Assembly (NCBI GenBank): GCA_973895155.1
Contig: OZ316891.1
Location: 10,231,875-10,295,874, forward strand
Direction: 5' to 3'
Origin: Marsupella aquatica
Lineage: Eukaryota > Plantae > Marchantiophyta
Length of the DNA stretch: 64,000 nucleotides
In this document: positions 50,611 to 60,809 of the stretch, in pieces
Layout: the number at the start of each line of letters is the position of its first letter
Numbering within the stretch: position 1 is the stretch's first letter
Translations under genes and position numbers: made by a program
Notes under the pieces: model-generated
Told to the model about the DNA's origin: nothing
Seen by the model: only the letters and a program-made list of their open reading frames with translations
Databases searched by the model: none

Positions 50611-52414
50611 CTACCCCCACCCCCAAGTTGCAGAGAACATTGAAAACTAATGGCCCCCCCAAGGTGCATAGGACATTGAAGCCCAACTGGAAGAAAACTT
50701 AAAAGCCTGGTAGATCTATAAAGTTCAATGGAATTTGGATTTTGGTTGACTAGACATCATAATCAGTATGCCTTGGTGATGGTGGAGCAAATTTTGAATG
50801 GACAGTGATGGTAGCATTGTGTAGTGAAAAAACTTCCTATACTCTTTTGGATAGTGTCTTGAGCCATTTCTGGTGTCCCATTTAAGTTTGACAACCAAGA
50901 GATTGAGTTTCTTGAAGATTTCTAGGCATTGTGTGATCAAGAGTTGTTTGATCACCATACAATGTAGATGGGTCGGCAGAGAGAGTTGTTCATACCATGA
51001 GGAATTGATTGCAAAGTATGGCTTGCCAAAGGGTCACGTGAATAATTGGGATAACCAGTTATAGTGACTACCGCTGAGATATGGTTTTCGTATGCAGACA
51101 TATCTTGCATCTTTTTCACCCCATTTGTTGCTCTACAATACAACTATTCAGAGTGAGGTTGGTGAGGTGTTGCAATTGGATGACCCTCATTACATCGGTA
51201 AACGTTGATGTATGTCATTATTTGGGGAGGAGGGCATTGACAACATTGACTACTTGGAATGTTATTACAGGATGTCCTATTCTGGAAATGCATAAGGTTT
51301 TACTGTCAATAGTCCTTGAGCTAGAGGGTCGCGATGGTGTGGCTTAGAAGGATCATGTGTGAAATTTTGTACCTTGTCAACTTCCAAATATTGATGATAT
51401 AGGATAGATCATAGTTTAGCAATAGCACTTGCAGACTTGCAATGTACATTAATATATGGATCCCCTCAAGGAGTTAGTATCATGTTAATTTGTGATGGTT
51501 GTTCAAGAGGTTGGTAGTTGGCATGTTTGTCACCACCTCTTCAGTTAGATTCCTACGAAACTGTGGTTCTGCCCCAACTACAGGGAGAGGTTGGATTCAG
51601 CTAGCATGAAATCTAGCAGGTACTATAGATTGCAGATACAATAGTAGAAAAGACTAATTTAATCTGAACTCTAACAACTATTGTCTTTAAGTCATTTTTA
51701 ATTACTTAGGGTAACTTTCAAGTTCTTAAGAAGGTATTGAAAAAGACTACTCACCGTTCAATCGGAAAAGGTTGGAGTCTACCCAATGTCAACCTTGACT
51801 GGGCTCAAACAATATTCTTTCAGTTGCATGTAGTTCAACATCACCTTAGTACAAGTATGTATGCCCCAAATATGTATTTGCCATTCATTTTCTCCCATAG
51901 TGTATGACCAATGCTCTCAAATTCAACATCTACCACATCAAATTTAGGGGATAGCCCTTCATTATGTTCATGTCCATAGTAATTCAACTTACTAAGGAAA
52001 CTAACTACTGTAGCATTGTGATATTCTTAAGACCATTAAATCATAGTAAGCAAAGCAATACTTTGGAAAAGTTTGTTAAGTGCTGTTACCCTAGACCATC
52101 AACAAGTTTGTATATAATGACATTTTTCACTGTCTTTCTCAATAGACAAGCCTGTAGACAAGCAAACAGTCCCCTCTGTTAATGATAGGATAGTAGCACT
52201 TACCTCTATTAATCTCTAGTTTGTCAATGGATTGAAAAAATACTGGATGTTGTTTTTCCACTTGCTTTTATCCAAGGATCATGCAGCATAACATTTGAGG
52301 TTTTTAGTATAATATCCCCAACTGTTGAAGAGGTGGATCATTCATTATTTACCTAATTATATTTAGATAGAACTCAAATTAATCTAATAGTTCAGTACTC
52401 CTTAAATAGGGATT

Positions 52415-52640
52415 ACATGTGAAACATCCAACCAACAAGTAGTTGGGACAAGAGATACATGCTTCATCTCTTTAGAAGTTACATCCACGGGAACACACAA
52501 GAGAACTTTATTGTGGTCTAAGCCTGTGAACCATCCCAAGTCCCAAGAGCATAAGCTCTCCCTATCTCTCAGATAACTGGATAACGATAAGCCTAAGTTC
52601 CATGCACTAGCTAACTCCTGCTTATGTATATATAGTAATT
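52415..52640 (-). mobile_element. Old degenerate LTR remnant of the same Copia group
   Basis: AGAGATACATG, TCCACGGGAACACACAAGAG, AAGCTCTCCCTATCTCTCA and AGCCTAAGTTCC are shared, in order, with 14720-14900. Confidence 0.8.
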
Positions 52641-53254
52641 AGCATATCTAATCTTGATCAAGTACCTGGTATGATAAACTCACTCTAGTCGCAAAGTAAC
52701 TTTAGACCCAAGAGTAAATGTCTAATACCCCTCCACAACAACATCACTTTTGCAACAACAAGATAGACCAAAATGACATTAGTGCCACACGAGTTGGCCC
52801 ACCCAACTAAAACAAGTACACTTTTGCCACCACAACATGACTGCACACACCACGAAGTTGAAATAACAACCCTTCCACAACAATCACATGATTGCAATGA
52901 CAATCCAATTGAAACAACAATTGACTTCCACAACCACAACATAACCACAATGACAACTCTGCCACAAGAACCACACAATTCATTTCCTCAATGACTTTTA
53001 CACCTTCCTTGCGTTGAAGACACACCCCAGCCCACATCAAGAACACACGATGCATCAGATACTTCCTTGCTTTGCCGACATCTTCTTCTCACCTCTATAT
53101 CTTTTCAGTGTGCATTGGGACAGTATTCTATAAATATTTATACTTTCAATATTAAATAGACCTTGATGCTTCGATGTACCAAGCCCATAATATGTGTTCA
53201 TTGCATTGTCGTAGTTGTGAAAGTGTTCAGGTGTGGTTAACATAGACAATTAGA

Positions 53255-53354
53255 ATCGTTTCAAGTACATCTAATAAAATTGGAACAAGAAAGAGAAGAT
53301 TAGCATAGCCCCTGCGCAAGGATGACACACACAAATATAGAAATGATCCAATTT
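53255..53354 (+). pseudogene. U6: Full-length U6 snRNA retropseudogene with poly(A) tail and target-site duplication
   Basis: ACATCTAATAAAATTGGAAC..AGAGAAGATTAGCATAGCCCCTGCGCAAGGATGACAC..AGAAATGATCCAATTT matches U6. The ACAGAGA box and 5' stem are mutated. A-tract at 53355-53368. AACATAGACAATYAGA flanks it at 53239-53254 and 53367-53382. Confidence 0.93.
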
Positions 53355-55155
53355 AAAGAAAAAAAAAACATAGACAATCAGATGCAAAAAGCCGAGGGGA
53401 CACGGGCAGGCTGGACGTAGGCAAAGGGAAGACAACACAGCCAAGAGGTGGTTGCTTGGACTACAAGGAGGAAGTGGGCAGAGAGGGACCCCAGCTGGGT
53501 GGGCAGAGTTGGCAGGCATTTTCAGGATAGTAAATTTCAGGACATTACCTTGAACCCCCTATTCACAAACAAGGACCCAGCCCAATACCTCTCTATGACT
53601 GCAAACTCCTAGGAAGAAGCCAATGGTGTGCAGCACTTAATGAGGGTTTGAAGTCTGTTTTGAGTGACCTGGAATTTGCATTTGTCAATAAGAGTGTACA
53701 GACAGTGGGCCCTCAATTAGATGACACTCATGTGACTTGCTTCCTAAATTGTACATCCCTGCCCTAAATATGATCCCTGATCTCATAAAGTGCAAATTTT
53801 ACTCCATTTCAAAATGAATGTACTTATCAATAAATGTAAGTCAAAGGAATTGTGCCCCTAAATTGTTTGCTTACCAATAAGTGTTTAGCACTCATTGGCT
53901 AAAATGGCACCGAACTGCATGCTCCGATGTGTATTGTCTGCTGTGTATTTCAAAGATATTGTACCAAGTATTGTCAAAATAGGAATGCATAGTGCTCAGC
54001 ATGTTGTGACCAGAAACCTTTGGTCAGGGGCCTGGTATGTTCGTCTTCCGGTGCAGCCCTCTTTGCACTTACTTCACTGGAAAAAAAGGTGCAAAATGGT
54101 CAGACAAGAAGGGAGGAACGGGACATCTTGCAATTATCCAGGAGTTGCACTTAGAAAGAAGTAACTCTGTGAGCAAGGTTCGAAACCCGGCATGGCATGG
54201 CCAGGTGTCCCTCTCCCTTCCCCATTATTGAGCTCCTCGAATTTCTTCGAGACGAGAGGGATGGCGGGCAGGAGAGTCCCATAGACGGGAAGCATTTGTA
54301 CCTCCGAACAATTCCTTCGCGTGCTCCACGATCCAATATTTGGTTTCCGTCCTAGCACTTTCCAACCAGTAGTTTTCGCTAGGTGCCGATCCTCGCTTGC
54401 GATCCGGGTGACACGAACGATGAAGGAAATGCAAAATTTAGGCAGCATTTGTGTGGTTTGGAGCTTGGTCTTCATCACTCCTCGTTGGTCATCAGAACTC
54501 GCAAGGTATGGTCCACTATTCTCAATGTAAATTGTGTCCGTGGAGGTTTTGGTCCTGAACGTTAGGATTGTTTCCGTTACAAATCAGTTCTTTCTCTTGC
54601 AATTCTTTGAGAGCTAAAACGGTCGGTTTGTGTGCTTGCTTATATGTGGCTGATAATAAGGAACGAATCGAATTAGGTCACTATGTACTCTCTTGTCCGT
54701 GTTGCTTTCTGTAATCGTTGTAGTCGGAGCGGCTTAGAAGAAAATTCCGATAACGAAATCGAATTTTATGGAGAAGTTGTGTATATACCAACTCCATTCC
54801 TGTTGGTTGTTAAGAGAGGTTTTTACTGGCTCTCGCAGGGTAGCATCGCTTACCTCCTTCGCATTAGAGGTGGCTCTTGTGGAAGGACAATCAGAAGGAT
54901 GGTGATGGTTTGGAAACCGAGGAAACTGCCTGTGAGAAAGCCGAGGCCGAGAAAGTCACTAAGATCATTCATTTTGGCCTAGTCGTAGGAAAGAGAGAGG
55001 GGGATTACCGAGGCAAGACGAGCACGAGGGCACTGTTTGCAAAGGCGGTGCTCGGGCCGATGAAAGTGTATTTAATGTTGCAATATGCTAATGATGAGCT
55101 ACAAGGGGGACGGAGAGACGGAAGGTATTTAGCGAGGAGGTAGGTTGCTTGAACA

Positions 55156-58100
55156 ATGGGGAGTGGAGGGAAGGACCAGAAGATGGAGGATGCTACAGCA
55201 GGTCGAAAGGGAGGAGAGGAGGTTGCTGGTGGAGGAGGTGGTGATGGCAAGCTCAAGGAGAAGGAAGTGGGTCAGTTCAGTGAGGGTGATAAAGTTCTGG
55301 CCTATCATGGTCCTCTCATCTACGAAGCCAAGGTACGTTGTCTGTGTCGGAGTTGGCGAAGCTTGGAAGACTTGCGCGAGATCTCCTCACAATTTTTCCG
55401 GCAGGACGAAGTTGCAATTACACTAATTTTGCATTGCCAGAGCCCGTCAAGTAGGAATAACAGTTCTTATCCTTTAACGTGATATAAATTTTAGGCTTCA
55501 CAAATCCCTGCACAACCCAGCGTCGTGTGTGACCCTTTTTTTATTCACTCCATCTTTGGATACAACGGAGTTGTGTTGCTGGATTCACAAGCTGAAATGT
55601 GACCGATTAAACGAAGTTCTGCTGTACATGGTTTCCCACTCCACCTGTGTCTTTGTATTTTTGTTATTTACCGTTTCTGTTCTTGTTATCCTGAACCCTG
55701 ACCCAGCTGCTCATGTGATTGCAGATTCAGAGAGCTGAGTTCCGGAAAAAGGAGTGGAAGTATTTTGTTCATTATCTTGTCAGTATCTTCTAAACCTGTC
55801 CAAATGCCCTATTTCATATTGCAAGGTGTTACAAGCTTATGTATACTAAAGCTACAACGTCTACGTAGGGGAAGCCATTCATGATCTGATGTCTTCACCA
55901 TTCTTGTTGTGCAGGGGTGGAGCAAAAAGTGAGTAGGGGGCACATGAAGCCATTGTCTGCGATGTTACTGTACATGTGGACTGTGTTTTTGCTCTTGGCC
56001 CCGACATTTTGAAAATTCTTGCGCGTTATGAGAGTTTTCAGCAATATAACTTGCATGTTCTAACAGTAAATGGTTGTCATGGAATGTGGGGCCTGTCAAT
56101 GAAGAATAGCTGGGATGAATGGGTGGGCACGGATCGTCTCATGGCTTTAACAGACAAGAACTTGGAGACTCAAAAGCAATTATTCAAAAATCAAAATGTT
56201 GAGAAGCAATCCAAAGGTCGCCTTCCACAAGGCAGACAAAAGGCCTCCACTGGTATGGCTGTTCTATTTGATGCATTGTTTGGGGAGTGTTCATTTTCTG
56301 AAATTTCACCACAGTGGGAATAGTTACAAGTAGTATGACTGACCGTGATCTCTTTTCCAATTTGCCTGTGCTCTAATTGGGGGTTTAATGTGGGAGCTTT
56401 TGCGAGACGTTGTGCTGTGGGAATCTTGTCAGCTACTCTTGTGTCTCTTGCAATGCTTGTCAACCAATTTCTCTTGTTGGTGCAATTTTATTGACATTCT
56501 TTGTAGCTGAGGCGATTGTAGACACAACGTTTGTGGTAGAAGGGGAGAGAAAAAAGTTGGATGCGCTTTTATATTTACTTATATGTTGTTTCAATCCTCA
56601 AGTTTTAGGCTGGTGTATTTTTCTACAGACACAAAGGGAGAGAAAGAAGGTGCCAAAATTATTTCCGGTTAGAGTCCCCTCCATTTCAAATATTACTTCA
56701 GGAGGGATATCCTCTGGAGTAGTCTATTCAATTTTAAAACTTCCCGTGGTTGTTCGCATGCTGCCTCTAGCGTGATGGGTTTGTTGATTTTCTTATATTC
56801 GTATAGTTTGTATCTCTTGCGTCTTTATGTGTGTGCTGAGTGCCGTCAACGGAGTGTTTGTGCTTTTCATCATCTCCGTGGCTTACTGGTGGACTATGGC
56901 TGGGAGACGTATTCTAATGTGTATCTAAATTTCAGCTAGCCTGATTGCAGTACCTAAAGGCAAGAAACGCAAAGCAGATTCCACCGTCTCTGAGGTAAGA
57001 ATTTTCGTCGCTCCAGACAAACCCGGAACTTTTCCTTAGCCTGAACTAACGAAGATCACTGCACCTGATGTTGATTTCAATTCTGGGAGTCTTCGTTCCT
57101 TTTAATTTCAAGACAACTGGCTATTCAATTTGACACAATGGTGCACTTTCGGTACAAGAAGTATATGACAAGAACGTTTTGTTGTTTGCTTCTTTAGGAG
57201 GTTGTCTGCTGTGTCTTCTTTCGATGCCAGACTGAAATATCTGCTCTATTCCCAAGAGTTTCGGGTACGGCAGATTGCTGATTGTAAATTTATTGTGATT
57301 AGGAGAAGGACACAGATGAGCCAGATCATGTAATGAAGATCCCAATGCCACCTGTTCTCAAGAAGCAGCTTGTGGATGATTGGGAGTTGATTCAATCTGG
57401 AAAGGTAAGTTTTTATATGTATTTTCAAACTTCACCGATTTCCGTCACTTCAGGGCGATTGCTAGGTGTTGACAGGAGTTTAGAATGAAGTGATTACTGA
57501 TCATAGCACAGCCATGCATGCTATGTGTACTTATTAAAACATCTGGCACGTCAGTCAATCAAGCTTCCCAGGAGTCCCAATGTAGAAGACATTTTGACGA
57601 ATTATCGGGAGTTGAAGACTAAGCGTGAAAGTCTGTGAGTGATCCGACCCTGTCTATTCTTCACATTGACTTGATGATAGGCAAAGTCATCCTATTCATA
57701 GGCCGCCAATCGGATAGCTTTGCCGGGCCTAGTTCTCATAATCTGGTGGTCTTTGAAGTAGTGACTATGAACACTACTAACAGATTGAAGCAATGATGCA
57801 GAGACGGGGATTCGCTCGGGGAGGTGTTGAATGGTCTCCAAAGCTACTTTAATAAAGCACTACCAGCAATGCTTTTGTATAAACAGGAACGTGTCCAGTA
57901 TGCAGGAGCTGTTCCAGATGGTTCAAAGCCATCATTGATCTACGGTGCTGAGCATCTTCTTAGGCTATTCGGTATTTCTCTCTTCCTTTCCCTACAATAA
58001 TTCTGCAACCTAGGAGTTGGTTCTGATTCTATGTTCTGATAGTATGTTTTCAAGCTGGCACCATGCACGCCAACATATACACAGATAAATCTCGAGATCC

Positions 58101-59366
58101 GTATTAGAACTTTTCTCAATGATATTATGTACTGCGATGTGGATTTTCAAATATAGATGTATAGCAGGGCCCCTTAGTGTTGCATTTGGATATTGTTCCC
58201 AATTCATTCGTGTTGACATGGACCCATTTGTATGCGTAGTCCTTTTTGTGCTCAGCTATGGAACTGTTCTATTTGCGAATATATCACATTGACGGAGCAG
58301 ATCTCAAGTGCACTCTGACCTTGTTCATAGTTTTGCGTGCTAAACTTTTGTACTTATCTTTGGGCAGTAAAACTTCCGGAGCTTCTTGTGTACACGAATA
58401 TGGAAGAGGAAACATTAACACAGCTGCAACAAAAATTGATGGATTTTCTCAAGTGAGTTTTTCTTTTGCCTCTTTGGCTATGATAGATCACGGAGATATG
58501 TATGCTTGGTGCACTGTTTGGCTCCCTCTATTGTCAACATTTGGAAGTGCTGGTTGGAAATGTTGGGCTCGTGCTAAACGAGATGTTCTTTTTGTCTCAG
58601 GTTTTTGCAGAAACATCAGAGCAGTTTCTTCCTGTCGACGTATGATAGCCCCAAGGGGGGGGCGCGCATGGAACCCGAAGAAAAGAAACTAAAGCGGGAT
58701 AGTAGAAGTGAGGATAGGAAAGATAGAAGGGATGTACTCAAACCTGTTGAAGACAAAAGAGAGAAACGGGTTGGTACGAAGGCAGTCGAGGACAGGAGGG
58801 AAAAGAAGGATGCGTCCAAACCGTCAGATGACAGGAAGGAAAGAAAAGAAACGTCTAAAGTCGTCATCGAGGAGAAGAGAGACAAGAAGGATGGTCAACG
58901 GCTTTCTGAAGAGAAGCGGGAAAAGAAGGATGCCCCCAAGGCCTCAGAGGAGAAAAAGGAAAGGGGGGATAGTACTAAAATTTTGGATGACAAGAAGGAC
59001 AACTCTAAACCCTCTGATGACAAGAAAGAGAAGAAAGATGGTTCCAAACCGTTAGATGATAAGAAAGAGAAGAAGGAGAGTTCCAAGGCCGTAGAAGATA
59101 AGAAAGAGAAGGACAGTACGAAGTCCTTAGATGATAAGACCGAGACGATGGATAGTTCCAAATCCGTAGATGAGAAGAAAGAGACGGATACTTCCAAATC
59201 CTCGGATGAGAAGAATGAGAAGGATACTTATAATTCCTCAGATGAGACGAAAGAGAAGATGGATACTTCCAAATCAATAGATGAGAAGAAAGAGAAGAAG
59301 GGTACTTTGAAGGCCTCTGATGAGAGGAAAGAGAAAGATGAGGGGGCTTCTGTGATCTCAAATTGA
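55156..59366 (+). CDS. MRG1: MRG (MORF4-related gene) chromodomain protein with extended K/E/D-rich C-terminus, about 11 exons including a 14-nt micro-exon (55915-55928); last exon 58601-59366
   Basis: Chromo-barrel FSEGDKVLAYHGPLIYEAK..KYFVHYLGWSKNWDEWV. MRG domain LKKQLVDDWE, KLPRSPNVEDIL, YFNKALPAMLLYKQER, PSLIYGAEHLLRLF, KLPELL and FLQKHQSSFFLSTY. Confidence 0.95.
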
Positions 59367-59594
59367 ATGCTTCTGAAGATTCATTTTTGGTTTGCGATAA
59401 TGGTCGCTCTGAAGAGCCAACAGAAGAACGGGCTGACTTTTGTAGAAATTGGATTTTCTGGTTCTCGTTTTTGGATGGAATGACATGAGAGTCACTGCTG
59501 GAAAATGTTACGGGTTTCAGAGTAGGGTAACCAATCCCCAAAAGGGGGTACTGGGATGTGATCCCAGAGGGCTGTGAGCCGGAGGGAACTACAG

Positions 59595-59708
59595 CCCATT
59601 ATCCCCAAGTGGGGATGAGTTACCAAGCGCAAGCTCTCAAGTGAATTTTTGCCCATTGTCCCCATGTGGGGATGAGGTACCAAGCGCAAGCTCTCAAGTG
59701 AATTTTTG
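59595..59708. repeat. 57-bp tandem duplication downstream of MRG
   Basis: CCCATT.TCCCCA.GTGGGG.ATGAG.TACCAAGCGCAAGCTCTCAAGTGAATTTTTG occurs twice. Confidence 0.9.
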
Positions 59709-59950
59709 AAACATTCAGTCCATCTTTACATTGCAAAACTGTCTGCTTAGCTGTTTGTTCTTTGTGTATTCTAAACTGTCCAGCCTAGCTGTTTGGAACT
59801 TGTGTATTCTGATTCAAATTTGATATTCCCCAAGCCAGGCTGGCACGGGGGTTCCATGTGGACTCACCTACCAGTGGGGTAATGTCTCAAAACCTTACAC
59901 AGACTACAAATAAAAATTTTCAACAGGGGTTAATGGTACGGTCCAACCAG

Positions 59951-60092
59951 ATGGACACTCCCATTCTGGAAATCTGAAGAGTACTTTTAAACACTGGTTT
60001 ACCATATGGACACTCCCCATTCTGGAAATCTGAAGAGTACTTTTAAACACTTAACCCCATTCTGGAAATCTGAAGAGTATTTTTAAACACTT
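59951..60092. repeat. Three copies of an about 36-45-bp unit
   Basis: CCCCATTCTGGAAATCTGAAGAGTA.TTTTAAACACT occurs three times. Confidence 0.92.
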
Positions 60093-60809
60093 GACGGTCT
60101 TTTCCTTTCGAAGGCTTAGCTGTGTGTTTTCTGGTCTTACTAGCGCCTGCATAAAGGTTGCCCAATTCAGACTTTGGCACAGTAGTGCCCTTTACAGTCG
60201 TATGAATTCGCAGAGTAGCATGTCGTGACTAGGTCGTCTCGAATTTCTGTGAACCCTAATGTGCACTGCCTGAGGTGAAAGCTTAGATGACATTTCCCTG
60301 ATCCTATAGAGTTCCCTGGATTTCATTGGACCCCGTTTTGAACATGCGCTTCGTTACGAGGTTAGTTTAGGCGATGGCACCTTAGTTCCCATAACCTTGT
60401 GTAGGCACGTCTGATAATGGAATGAAAATAGAAAGTTACGCTCAAACAAGAAACGTCTTCAATTTTGATAGCAGCACCCACCAAGGTTTCAATTGGTTTT
60501 GAAATTTGGTTCGCTTGAGAATGTATGAATATATGAGCGTGGAAATTAACTTTTACGAGATGCAAACCAATCATGCCATGAGACAAACCAATCTGGTACG
60601 ATGATTGCCAACAATCAAGAATCACAGATCAGAACCTGTATGGAAGACTAATCAGAGACCAAAATCCAGATCTCTAGTTTCCACGAGATGTCCAAAGTAT
60701 TCTATTAATTTCTGATCGATTCATGGCTCTCGGTATGAAAAAGGTCGAGGCTTCCTGTTGGGTACCTTTACAGTACCAAGCTTAATGAAAGACATGGATT
60801 CGGGATAAG

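Noticed and set aside
50700-52200. Short ORFs suggesting a decayed retroelement
   Set aside because: No recognisable gag, RT or integrase motif by eye.
52730-52995. His/Thr/Gln-rich 73-aa ORF
   Set aside because: It arises from a degenerate CCACAAC-rich minisatellite, with no evidence of coding.
59314-59345. CTGATGAG followed by GAAA as a hammerhead ribozyme core
   Set aside because: It lies within the K/E/D codons of the MRG tail and lacks the required stems.
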